DNA of 64,000 nt from Fimbriosthenelais zetlandica (Eukaryota), in the NCBI GenBank assembly GCA_977030845.1, contig OZ365113.1, positions 20,584,001 to 20,648,000 of the forward strand, written 5' to 3'. Shown one piece after another: positions 26,742-39,600 of this stretch (positions are counted from its first letter, which is position 1; the number at the start of each line of letters is the position of its first letter). The notes under the pieces are model-generated. The model worked only from the letters and a program-made list of their open reading frames with translations. It was not told the origin of the DNA and searched no databases. The position numbers and the translations under genes are program-made.

Positions 26742-28651
26742 TTAAAATTTGCATTCTAAACTGAGCCTGACCAGACTGCGCTTTAAGGGGCAGTACCCTC
26801 TTGCCAGTGACCTTTGGAGCCATAGGTTACTACAGACCGGACCTGGTGAGTAATTCACCCCTGATCAGCTTCCATTCAGGCCTCCACTTCCTCCCTGTAG
26901 TGAGCACAAAGGTCAGAAGTCAACACCATTGGCAATTAGCCCATTAGACTCTGATGAAATCTCTCCAACAAGTTTTTCTCCTTTTCTCCTGATGTTTGCA
27001 TACCACTGATTCACTTTGACGATGTTTTAAGAAGATCACAATGCTATTGGGAATCATTAACTTTTTAGTATTATTCAGGAATTGGTAACGTGTCAGCTAC
27101 TATTGCTAGTGGTAATTGTCGTTATTTTAACAAAACAATTGTAAGATAAAGCTCCTTGGCCAATTGCAGTGCAGGACATAGCCAGTACGGAAACGGTTAA
27201 AACCATAGAACACTCTAAGGTTCCGGTCAATTCTTCTGACTTTATCTAATCTCAGTGAATTTTCCTACTTGAAGTACCAGCCCTAATATCCGGGGGTCAA
27301 CAGTCCAAGGCCAGCTCTCAAGAGGGTAAAGAGGAAAAAGATGTTAGCACCAAGGTCCCCTATTCTATGCAAAATAGAGCAGCTGTGTCGACACAAAGCT
27401 ATAAATTTCAATTTCAGTCTGTCACATCCAATTCAATTATGTAGATGAGCTACCCACGAGGTTGGTAATGGATGTCACACATCCTAATATCAACCCCTTC
27501 TATCCCTGAGTGGAAAAAGTCCAGTTTGAACTGGTAAACGGTACAGGGGCTGTTGATGAAGGCCAAATTCATGCCAGAATCTATATGCAAAAAAGCTGTC
27601 AGCTGCAATTTCAAAATGGTCTTCCAAATTTTATTTCAGGTTTTCCTCAGAATCAAAATCTGCATTGAACTTCCTTTCAATCGTTCCATTGTGCGATCTC
27701 TTTCTCAGAACATCCTGTCAATCTTCTTTCTCTCATGGTATTTTCACATCTTAAGAATGCCATTTCTTTTGGGGTTTTCCCTAATTTGAAAGGTCTCAGG
27801 GCACATGCCTGCTGCTCTCTTGCACCCATTGTCCCTGGCACGCAATGGTTTTTTTCTCAGTCATGGGAAAATCAGGTTTTGATTATTGGTTTCCTTTAAG
27901 TAGGTTAGAATTAATATGGCCTAAATAAGAAGGGAAACAACTGGAACCCTTAATAATAAACCCTTCAAGATATAATATCCCACTGGTTGTGCACCTATGG
28001 TCAACTTCCAGCCTAATACCCTTGTCTGAACACCTCTGCACTTCACACCTTCACAGTGGAAGGTTGCCAGTGTTCCTACCACCAGCGAGTTTCCACAACA
28101 TCAAACTCAAGATGTCATGTCTGGGTGATTAGTTGATATACATTCTTATTGTTTTGCACCTCCTCACATACGGTACATGTATAGTATCAAATGTTCGGAT
28201 GTTTCATACTAATACTACGAATGAAAACATCAAGTTTCCAAGTACTCTTTTCACTTTACTTCTCAAGTTTCTGTATACCGCTCCTCAAGCTGCTTTTTCA
28301 GCTACTCATCTACTACTTTTCCTCCTTTCATTTAGCCTCCTTTTAATTTACTCAAGTAAATCGTCTGACTGCCTACACCCTATCATACCAGACTGGCTTT
28401 GATGCTATGATATTGAACTGAGTTTACTATTTATAAAAGATATGTGACCCGCGGTGGCGTCAGTGCTAAGTCTTTGATCTGGAGGGCAATTTTAGCTCAG
28501 GTTCCGTCGTTCTTTTTACATAAAATATAGCTGAAATGCATAAAGAACTATATAAGATGCACAAGAGATGAGGGTGCCATTCATGGCCATCGTAATTGCA
28601 CCAATATGACTTCATGTAGACGGAGTATCCATCTCTACCAAGGCAGAGTAA

Positions 28652-28862
28652 AGCCCGACATCCACCAGCCCGATTTTCATCCCGATTTTGCGATCTTAAG
28701 CGATCACAGGCGATCGGGACCCCAAAAATAGATGAACGGGCTGGTGGATGCCAAAATCTTGGGATAGGCGCCGATTTTTCAATGTTAAATCAATAGAGAA
28801 CGATTTTATTTTGATCTTTGCCGATCAGAAAAATCTGTTTTTCGTACAGTGGATGTCGGGCT
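28652..28862. mobile_element. 211-bp PIF/Harbinger-type MITE with TAA TSD
   Basis: Perfect 14-bp TIR AGCCCGACATCCAC / GTGGATGTCGGGCT, flanked by TAA on both sides, with internal CGATTTT sub-repeats. Confidence 0.85.
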
Positions 28863-29746
28863 TAAGGGCTGGTTATACTAGCTAGACTTCATGAAGCTCT
28901 CCCTCGTCATCATGCTAAACTATTTATCTTCTGCAAGAGCCTGTACACTAATTGTTCTCGCAGCTTTTATGCAATGCTACTTTCAGCGTAAAATTAATTC
29001 TCCCGTAACCTGATAAGTGAAGTCCCAGCACGATGTCACAGAAGCCCCAGTGTCACCTTCTGCATCATTTGTAAAATGTGTGTTTGACATGTAACGGGAG
29101 TGAAAATATCTGACCAGTGGTGCATCACAGTGAGCGGAGGATGCAGCCTGATACCCCATTACTCAAGGAGTGGTTTCTATCTCCGCGACCTCGTCACTCT
29201 GCGGAAGGATATTGGTTGTGAGGTGGAAAACAGTGCGGACGGAAATGATGAATCTGGGAGATAACCTTCCGCCAGATGGGAAGTTTAAGTGAAAGGGAGA
29301 TCTGCTGATTATCGGAATGATTGCAGGGCAGTTTGATCTTGAATAGAAGGGGGGTGTGAAGAAGATTGAAAGGGCAGGATCGGTCAAGGCAATGTTGGTG
29401 ATGTGAATGAGATCAGAAGAACACAGTGAAGGCTAGGTCGACTTCCGGTAAAACAAAATCATGGACGTAGCCTGGTTTGGTATTCCCTGGGGACAGTTGG
29501 AATAGCAATTTCGAGCAACTACAGAGCATTTCGATTTCGGGAGCAAGATTGACCAAGATTCAAGATTTCTTGAAAGGGCTGGGAAACCTTAGGTCTGCCC
29601 TAATGAAGACAAAATAACCATTCTGTAAATACAACTGGCTCCGAGATTCAATTCCCTTTCTCTGATCTGTATTGGGCAAAATGATGATGGTCATGTCAAA
29701 CATCAAAATATAGAACTAGATATGGTTATATTTAACAAATACTAAC

Positions 29747-30120
29747 CTGCCATGTTATGACTAATAAATGTGGGGTCCTATTATCGGTGCACACCCCTTT
29801 GGGGTTGTGATGTGGTACATCCGGTGGAGTAGTACATACGTCTTTGGTGGGTGAACTGGGCATGCTCATTCCTAACTTGTTTTGTGCCACCACTCGAAAA
29901 CTGTAGTTGCCCCAAGGGGACAGGGCTATCCTCTGGTAGTAACGGTTTCGGGGCAGCTGTGTTCTGGCAACATGCCAATAGTCTGGGTCAAATGAGGTGT
30001 TGTATTGAATGATGTACTGGGAGACTGGCGAATAGTTTTCACTGATCAAACGCCACTGGATCTGAGCGATCCTTACATCGCATGAGACCAACTGGACATC
30101 TATGGGCGGCTCAGGAACAT
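29747..30120 (-). CDS. Nrg: L1CAM/neuroglian-family exon: FNIII-1 plus start of FNIII-2 (374 nt, phase 1 to 0)
   Basis: Acceptor ttttcacag|AT and donor CAG|GTTAGT. Translation (D)VPEPPIDVQLVSCDVRIAQIQW...YIIQYNTSFDPDYW...LSPWGNYSFRVVAQNKLGMSMPS...VCTTPPDVPHHNPKGV...LVITWQ matches the L1-family FNIII-1/2 pattern (xVP-PP, LSPW-NY-FRV-A-N--G-S-PS, CTT-PDVP--NP--V). Overlaps ORF 29732..30091. The symbol denotes the family, not proven orthology. Confidence 0.95.
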
Positions 30121-31580
30121 CTGTGAAAAAGGAGGAAAAAAGCAGATGATTAGCCTATGCAAATTTTGCAAGGTCCACAACTGAGATTTGGCATAAATGG
30201 GAAAAGACTTGGAACTTAAAGTGGTCATCAAAGTAATAATTTTATTAAAAACATAATTTTAATATTGGTTGTTGGAACACCAGACAATTCACACTTAGGT
30301 TACTTAATTTGATCCGCAGATTATTTTTTAATATAAAATTAATGACATTTATGTATCACATCTGTATTTATAATAGGAGAGGTGACCTGCTATATTTAAC
30401 TTCTCGTGTGAATAATCTTGCTTCAAATATTAGAACAACAATAATGCTAATTTATGAAAATGTCAAAATTTTCTCCCTTGGTGTTTCAATACGATCCATT
30501 ACACACGGTATTGATTTGCCATCAGAGCAAAACTTGAAATCTTTTTGATCGTCTATTGCTACCCGAGCTCATTGGTTCAAATGTAAAGGTCTGCTAATCA
30601 TTTGTGCCGATTGATCCGAGGAAATGAAAATAACGAAAAAACCAAGAACTGATTCATTAACTTCAATGTCATCTGAGAGGTGGAGAATCTTATTTTATTA
30701 ATTACATGAATTTTTGCCGCACGAGATCTGCAGACTGTTTCCATGATGTTTTTCCAGGAAAAGGGTCTCAGTGACTCACTGGTTTCTTTTGGCAATAATG
30801 TTCTAAAATTCAACATCCAGAAAGATAAAATACTTGGAATGTTTCCCTCCTCAGGGTGTTTGGGTGTATTGTATTCAGCCATAGCATAGACATTATCTTC
30901 TAGAGCACCAAAGTGGTGAAACATCTGCATTCATAGAAGTCAACACTGAAATGCATTTAGAGAGCCCCCATCTAAAAAAACAGCACAAGAAAACATGGGA
31001 AATCTAATAAGAAAAACAGAGAGAAGAAAAAAGTATACAAGTCTAGGAAGCGAGATACAGAAAGGGAAAGATTATACAGGATTCACCTTGATAAATCAAA
31101 TAAGAACCTGGTCATACACACAAGCTATGTATCTAAGGCTGGTCGCATTGACTAGGACCTCAGTAGATACAGACCCTATACAGACAATCTGCAGCCCAGA
31201 TATCCTGCCATGTCGTGCTAGGATCAAATTGAATCAAGTCGTTTGTGAAGGTGGTGAACCAATCAGTAGAGGGGAGACAGGAACGCCCCAGATGAAACCT
31301 CTAGAGAGGCGCTTCATCAACGCTGTTAACCGAGCAATTCTCAAAGTTTCACTTGGCTCTCTCCACTCTCACACCAACTTTTGTTCACTTCTAATCCTCC
31401 AGCCTCCCCAGTTTGAAAGGTGCCATTAGAGCATGTTTTCAATGTTTAAACTCGCAGTGTTTTGGGGAACCTCAAGCCTTATGAATCACTCTGGACATTC
31501 AGGTCAAATGTACCATGAGGTTCAGGTCATTTTGCCTGGGTATTCTTGTCAGTCGTTGGAAGAACAGCATATCCAAAAAA

Positions 31581-31624
31581 AGGAGGCAATTGACGACTTT
31601 TCAGGAGGCAATTGACGACTTTTC
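31581..31624. repeat. Perfect 22-bp tandem duplication
   Basis: AGGAGGCAATTGACGACTTTTC twice in succession. Confidence 0.9.
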
Positions 31625-32226
31625 TTGAACTTCTGCAGTATCCATGCTTGAATGTACAATTATGTACAAATAATATTATTGGGGCACTTACATGGATAGT
31701 TCAAAGGATTTTACAGTTATTTTACAGAAATTGTAAAATAGCCCAATTATATGTATCACAGGCAGTTGGGTTTGTCTGTCTGAAGACTTTTCAGTTGTGA
31801 AATCAAAGCATTTTCTTCCCTTTCAAAACATCAAGGGGTTGAAGTTATTCACAACCAGAAACCCATTTTTTATCCAAGTATTAAAGAGGACCACTTTTCT
31901 TAGTGAAGCAGAGTCACGAAGGGGAAGAGAAAGAGGTCTGCCTGGGGACAAGAGGCAATAACCCGACCTGACACCTGGCTCTGAAACCATGAACGACATT
32001 AGGCCAGGCAGCTAAGTAAGAAGTGAAAGTAGACTGGCTATTAATCGTGCATGACAGGGCTGGCGTGATGTCATGACTTCTTGACTGGTGAATACAGTAG
32101 TCATGGCAACAGGGATGACGCTCTGCAACTGTTGGGGTCTTGAAACGGGTCTTGAATCGGGCAGAGGATAAAGGTGAGCAGGGTCAGTGCTAAAGTCAGT
32201 CACAGATCTGAGAAAACATCCACCAG

Positions 32227-32293
32227 GAGCTTGTTTCAAAAGGAATAATAGCCATAGACATAGCGTTGCTAATATTCCTTTTGAAACAGGCCC
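32227..32293. mobile_element. ~67-bp palindromic MITE (Harbinger-like), copy 3, CAG TSD
   Basis: CAG|GAGCTTGTTTCAAAAGGAATAATAGC...GCTAATATTCCTTTTGAAACAGGCCC|CAG, with an intact 3-bp duplication. Confidence 0.85.
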
Positions 32294-32727
32294 CAGGCTG
32301 ACATCCCACAAATCAATATTTTATTTTCGATGACGTAACATAAGTTTACGAAGACAGTTCAACACCAAATGGAGACATTTGCACTTCTCAATAGGTATTT
32401 GTGTGATCCCCTGCTGTATACTTCATCTGAAGAAACTTAATACTGCTGTTAAACGTCAAAGTCTGTCTTCAGCTTTAGAATTTTATGTTTCAACAATTCA
32501 AAGGATTCACTAAGATTAAGAGACAAAGTATAAAATGTGTTGCAGTCGGATATAACAGGGGTTGGCACCGCTAGAAAGCTAAATAGACAAATACATAGAA
32601 GAGAACCTAGCTCGTATTATATTTTATGGTTTGTCATGACTTTTATCTGATGCACCTTAAAACAGGATGCGGCTGTTCATTGTTGAACATAAGATCTAAC
32701 GATTTGGTTCTTAGATAAATATAGAAT

Positions 32728-32762
32728 GGGGGTTGGGTGGGGAGGGGGTGGGGGGGGGGGGG
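32728..32762 (+). repeat. G-rich low-complexity tract (G-quadruplex-compatible)
   Basis: GGGGGTTGGGTGGGGAGGGGGTG(G)n, with more than four G-runs separated by 1-2 nt loops. Confidence 0.7.
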
Positions 32763-33572
32763 TGCTATAGCATCTGCAGAGCCGATACCCCTGGCTCGAT
32801 AATGTATTATAGATACTTTTATTTTGCAAGAAAAGGAGGAAACAGACTATCTATATTTGTTTAGCCACCACAAATAGGAAAGGTTTTGGTTTTGTCCACT
32901 GTTAAAATTTAATGAAGGGATGAATTGATCCAAGTCCATTCACTGGAGTCTCGTTCATCATCTGGCCTGCCACAGTCTTCCTGTTGGATAGATTGAATAT
33001 TTAACGGTGCGCATACATACATAACTCCTCCCGGGTATGGATAGAAGGAACATATGCCACTTTAATCGATCATGAAGAAAACGTTCCTTAACGCAGAGTT
33101 ATCACACAGTAATGTCCACCAACCACCACTTCAAACACTCTTCACTAAATGTGATTTAAGGCTTTGAATATTAATGAGTGGGTACATTACAACAATAAAA
33201 AACCTTACATGCTTGCTAAAGTACTCTATATATCAGGGTGTTAATTTCCCATTTGACAGGACTGTCAATTAAGATGGCCCTGAGAACATTCTGATGCACT
33301 TGGAATTTCAGAGATGTATATGTTCCTTTCCATCATGACTATTTGCAATTAGTCGTTTATGGGATATCCCAGGTCTGGTATGTTTCACGATATCAAATCA
33401 TCATGCATAGATTATAGGAGTGATTCCGTCCTCCTCCTGGGTAGGAAAAGATATTGATTACTTGGGATGGCCACACCTGGGGTCCCCATGTTGCCCGGTA
33501 TGCTTAATCTGCCTTTCGATCCAGTGAAGTACTGGATCGTTCAAGTGGCCTTGTGGCCGCTAGCATAATTGA

Positions 33573-33634
33573 CCAATCAGCAGGGCGTGTTCTTCCCCCA
33601 GGCATTGTTAAGCACCACGTGATCCCACCACGTG
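33573..33634. promoter_or_regulatory. Candidate intronic enhancer motif cluster (CCAAT box plus two CACGTG E-boxes)
   Basis: GACCAATCAG at 33571 and CACGTG at 33616-33621 and 33629-33634, in a locally GC-richer patch. Motif match only. Confidence 0.3.
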
Positions 33635-36600
33635 ACTTGGGCTCTCTGGGACAGTTTTTGATGATTCGTGGGGTAAGTCAGACCCGCAACATACCAGAAG
33701 ATGGGCGAAGAAGACAAACTGGCAAAACACAAACACGCCCGGCAACTAAAAGACCAATATGGTTCAGTGGTGAATCATCGCAAAAGGAAATTCGTACGAA
33801 TAATTATTCCATGCATCCATATAGCTTATTTCTAAGGCATTCTGCAAACAGAGCATCAAGATACATATGAACCAAGTTCTAGTCGAAGAAATGGGATATG
33901 TCTGGACAGCTTGATGGTGTCAGATGAAGCCCTCATTCCTTGAACAAACGCACTTCCACTACCATCAACCCACACCACTTCCAACACAGGTAAAGCTCAA
34001 GACCTTAACATGACAGCAGCACTCAAGCTACTCCTGGAATTCGTTCTCAGCCCACACTTTTCAGTAATATTCAATGGAAAGGCTGCTTCCGTGCATAGAT
34101 CGAGGAAGAACAGAATATTTAAACTGGTCTCATACACTTCATATATCCACTTGCACAAGAAAGTCTACAGACAACCTGCAACCAATTTCACTGAGGGCTC
34201 CTCTTCTGGACCTCAGAATTTTGAATCAATATGACTGTGTTTGTGAAGCCTACCATAAAATAAGCTAAAATATATAGATAGAATGAGCCAAGGGCAGGTC
34301 TGGGTGCAGGCTATACGTGCAACTGGGTCTAGAAGGATGCCCAGAGGGCGCGAGATGTCAACCAGGGCACCACTTGCTGTCTTCTGTCACTAGAGTTGAC
34401 AGCCAGTGATGCCGTCTCCTGATACTAGGTGGCAGCCACTAACACCAATCAGGTCAAGCTAGTTTCATTTCCAGGTCAACCAGGATTTCATCAGGTAACA
34501 AAATGACCTGTCTTCACCTCATATCAAACAGATGATCATAGAAGATGATGAAGTATATTGACAGACAGTTCGATGATTTTGAAAACACGTAATGCATACA
34601 CCAGGTGATTAAGTCTCTTGTTCCATAATAATAATAATATGATGACAAAAGAGATTGTGTCCGTTTTTTCAGGTTATTTGACAACATCAAAGGTACTTCA
34701 ACGTGTGTTGAGATAAGTCACCTTTTTATCTAAACACTATGGAAAATTACATCCCATATTTATTAGATCAAAGGTGTTAGGCAAGACTGTGATTCTTCTA
34801 TCGACTAAGTTAAGGTTACTGACTGAACCCAATTAATCCTTTTTGTTATACCTAATTCAGGTGTGACAAAGGAACCTTTCAGGGAAACATATATATAGCC
34901 CCACCATTGGCAAAAAATGGCAAATGGCTATTTGATTTTACCCTCTTTTTTTCGCCAGACCTCATTTCTACACGTCGTCATAATTATATTAGTCAGAGAA
35001 AATAATTTATCAAAGAGTTTACATAATTTTAGCTGACCTCATGTTTGGAGATATTATATTTAATAAGACAACTGAGATTTCCCAGTGTAGTCAAACCAAG
35101 AAGATGGTATAGAGACGTGTAGTTTATTGCCATAGTTCCTGCACACACCAAAACAAAAACAGAACAGAAATAAATGGTCATTACAAAATGAGACATGTCA
35201 CGATGGGAAGGGGAGCAATGGTCATTGGACTCATTAACTGTAAATGAGTGAGGCCCTTCGCAGTGCTAGTCCTGACCTCCAGAGCCTGTGATTCATGAGC
35301 ACGCTGTCTTTTTACAGTGGCTTTATGTCCTACTTACAACAGCGAATATATATACCTGACTCTTAGTGAACTCCCACACACTGCTTTCTTCTTCCCCTCC
35401 AACCTCTTTCTGTACCTTTGGGTATGGGCAGTTCAATTAAAAATGCATTCCAGGAGGAAAATACTAAAACAAAAATAGTTTAGTAGTCTGGAGAATAAGA
35501 AAGCCGGCCCCCGTGATTAGATTCTATGATTCTAATAGATTCTAAAATATGACACTAGTCTTCCCAGGATAATTTTCAACTGAACGTTATCTTTATTCAA
35601 ACTTTTGATTTTACGTTTTAAGTTTCACTTTGTTGGAGCATTCCCATTTGATATGCGATTCATTTCCTCGTGGCAATAACCGGACTTTTACTGACATTTT
35701 TGTAATCTTTCCTTTCTTGACGAGGTGCTTAGCTTTGTATGCAGCAAATAGCTTTAAACATTTTTTGTACATTCATATCAGTAATTATAATTATATCAGC
35801 CCAGGAAAATATGAGCCTGCAGAAGGAACTATACCTGTTGCCTGAAAGTGTCCCGGTGATATATATTCAACATTCCGGACATGTAAGAAGGTGGGCTATA
35901 TATTCCATCTCCTTCATGTCTTTTTTCTATGAATGTGAAAATGTCATTCACTCTATTTGCATATATATATATATATAATATTCCCAACCTGTCTGACCTC
36001 AGGATTTACGGGCGATTCTGATCTATTACTTATATTTTCTTCCCCTCTGCTTGGGTTAGTTTTATCAGATGGATGCTCCCATACGTGAGTCTCCCATCTG
36101 TATTAATGAATATTTCTTAAAGACAAGATTTATTGACAGAATCAAGAATGGTAATGTAAAACATGAGGGCAAAGCAATAGCTGAGCATCGCGTTTCTGGA
36201 CGGTTTACTTTCGCACCAGAAATTACAGGGGTACAACATAGAGTAGTTGGTCCAGGACACTCATAGCAAATATTGGGTTATCTTGAAAAGTAATGTGAGT
36301 AAACCAGAGGGAATATATTTTGGAGGTTAAGGAGACAACCAATGAGAATAAACAAACAGACGCCACAGTGAGACATGTTCCTATATATGTTCATCAAGGA
36401 AGTTTTTGTTTCATAAGGTCAAGGAGTACAGCAAGGAACAATCAGGTAGAACTTTTTAGTAAAAAAAAATTGAAGTTGTCACCTTCACTAGGCAGAGATC
36501 ACATGGTTGTCTGAAAGACATGTGAACCAAAATTCCAGTTATCAGTTTGCATTAGGCTAGCTCCTTTAAAAAGCTCTTCCCTCCCTCGTTCTTCTTCTTC

Positions 36601-39600
36601 CCCTCTGGTTTTGAATGAAGTAGGTTTTTTTGTATGGTGCCTTACGAAGTTTTGTGACTCTGAATAATAAGTTGCCATCCAAATTGAAATATTCATTAGT
36701 CTAATGTTAGGGAAGGGTGCTAGAGTCATTTGCAGAATGGGGGGCCGGAAATAAGGTCTTTCGAGGCCCATTTCCTCTGGAGATGCATTTAGTGGAAGTC
36801 TTGGCTGGAGGAGGAGATAAGGATGTATGGTGACTCCAAGTCACCCGGGCCTGGCTCTGATCATTTCCTAACTCAGCCGTATGCAAATTACTTATAATCG
36901 CTCAGACTATAGAGTGAAGGGAGCCGTGCAAGACAGGTACACAAAGGGAATGATACAAGAGCTGAAATCCCCGAAGAGTCATAACAGCGGCTTGTGTTTT
37001 AAGGATTATTTCATTTTATTCATTTCCTGCTGTGAATGAAAAAAGGCCAAAAGCCAACTGGCTGGTGATTGTAAGTTGATGACTCTTTTTTTAACCTTTT
37101 GTCCTTTTGAAGGCAATAAAATAGTAATCAAATGTTTCCAAAACAAAGTGATGTGGAAATGTTGGACATGTTCTTTTTTCTTTGCTCCGGGTTAGGTTTG
37201 TTCAGTTTTGCGGTGTTGAAATCCAAACCGATCACAATTATTGAGTGAAATTCTTATGTCCTTTTCAGATCAGAATACAGTTTCAAATTTCACTGGAGAA
37301 AGTACTGGATTTGGAAAGGTTACACTCAGGGAAAAGTATTCCTTACAAGTCACAAAACCATGACCAACTTCTTCATTAATTTTGAAAAGAAAGAAAGGAA
37401 GAACCTCTTAGAGGGGTCTTCATGTGGAATACAATGGCTCTTGCTATTGAGCTGCAGATCTCCTGAAGATGAGTACTACACCTTAAACAAAGCAATCCAC
37501 CCAGTGAACTTTCTACCCCTCCCCTTCCACTAACACCTGCACACAACACACCCTCTGCATATCTCTCTGATTGGACACTCTTCACCCATGGGTTAAAGGT
37601 ATGTAGTCAAATGGCCATAAAATACCATATAACTCGCCCTAACCGCCAGCTCTAGGAGCATCTTAAACTGTCATAAATGAGGAGTTGTCATGTTAGCCAC
37701 CATTTGCTACTCGCCTCTCACAGCCCTAACCCTGTCCTTAAATGGTAGGCCTACTGACCCCCACCACCACCATGTTCATAAATATGCCTGATGCAGACTG
37801 CCTGCCCTCGACATATGGACCTAACGATGGGATTGAGTAATGAAATATAGACTTGGAAGGAGGATTCGAGCCTGGCTTCAGGGTTTAGTTATTGTTTATC
37901 TGGGGCACAGAATGTATGGTGGATTCTCTAGCAACATCCAGAATAATAGGAAGACAGAAGACCTGTACATATATTGTCCTTTTCCCATCATCTCCCGTTT
38001 TGCGCTATCCCAGTCAGTCTGTGTTTTTGCACCTGAAGGAATACAGTACTCAGCATGCCCTTGGAATTCAATATTTTTATATCCTCATATTTTCTGCTTC
38101 GTGTTACATATATATGTAGCGTAATTATATTGGGTTTGTACCATTGAGTACCTAGATATCTATAGCTTAGCGCAGATTCTCTTTTCATGTTTGTCTCCAT
38201 TTGATAATAGGACCTGAACTCAGAGCCACCGACAAAAATGAATATATCTTAGTAAATGCCTTCGATTACTCGGCTGATACCACAGGTTTAGTATTCACCT
38301 CATGAGTAATTTGTAAAGCTTTCTCGCTAAGCTGTTACAGAGCTACCCCGGATATAATATTAGAGGAGCGGAAATCTTATTAGAACATGTTGGTTGCGAT
38401 TGTCCCATCAATATTGAAGAACAGTAAATGCACGATGTGTGTATAGGCTTAATATATTCTTAATATTAGACGAAATTTGTTTAGCTTTAACTGCATGGTT
38501 GACTAAATAAGTAAGCTATTATATCCAGAAGGGAGAATGTCGGAATTTGGGGGACCTTCTTCCCTGAATATTACTTTATATACCCGTTCCTCTCTCCTTT
38601 AAGATTTTCTATTTTCAGTACCTTACAGTTGCATTCTGTAGGTATTGGCCTACACGTTCTTTCATGAATGTGCTGTTCTTCTATATATATATGACAATCA
38701 ATAGGTAGAGAACAGCTGCAGGATTAAGGTGCAATACACGGGGTTAACCATACAGATAGACCGGCATATTTTAGGATTGCCAACAGGAGCATCGATGGCA
38801 GTAGGTGCTTCTAATCCTGATCTGTGGCCTTTTAAATAACTGTTTTGTTTGCCATGAATAACAAATTTGGCTTTAATGTATCTCAGCTGTTAGTCAGAAT
38901 TACTCATAATCCGGCAATTAGTGGACTGAGAATCAGACATTTATTCCCTAACAGCATATTGTTTTATACCATCCGTGCCTAATGTTAATAGGCCATGGTT
39001 TGTGTACTTAATGGCGCGGAGTGATCTGCAGGGGTGTAAAATAGGCACTGAACCTTCCGCGCTCAAGATTTGTGTCTGGGTGACTCAAAGGTGCTGGTCA
39101 TATGACCCAAGGCCAGGTTATGTGGCCTGAAGAGCATGGTCATGTGACAGTGGTTGTATGGCCAGTGATTCCCATTATAAACATCTCATATCTATATGTA
39201 CGGGATCCTAACAGCGATCTGCTTTTGTGTTCAGAACAAGTACAGGCTGACTTTTCAACTAAAACCCTTCACTTCAATTGCAATAAAGGCCTTGTGTAAT
39301 ATAACCTAGTACATAGATATTTCACCTGAAGTATCATTTTATGCTTACTTGAAGCCTATTGCTATGTTTTACCTTTTACTTTCACCAATATTCTATGCCA
39401 CCTTAACATACTAACATACTTTTTCGACTGCCATAAATCAGAAACAGCTTGCCGATAATTGGCAAAGTTTAAAAATTATCAGAGTGATATTATGGCAGAA
39501 TGATTGAGTGGTTTTGACTCTCTGCACTTCTAATTGAACAAACTAATTAAGCAAGCTCCAGTGTATTCAGGGGGAACCTGATACTTTATAAACTAGATTT

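Noticed and set aside
28449-28510. tRNA or SINE-head-like GCGGTGGCGTCAGTGCTAAG
   Set aside because: No proper B box, cloverleaf or SINE body follows.
30780-30924. 145-nt phase 0-to-1 exon candidate within ORF 30598..30930
   Set aside because: The translation has no Ig features (no core Trp, no D-x-G-x-Y-x-C) and both splice sites are mediocre.
30215-33064. TTAA-AGTGG ... CCACT-TTAA pairing suggestive of a Kolobok element, plus many other TTAAAGG/CCTTTAA ends
   Set aside because: Only about 5 bp of terminal match and heterogeneous content in between, so the ends cannot be paired reliably by eye.
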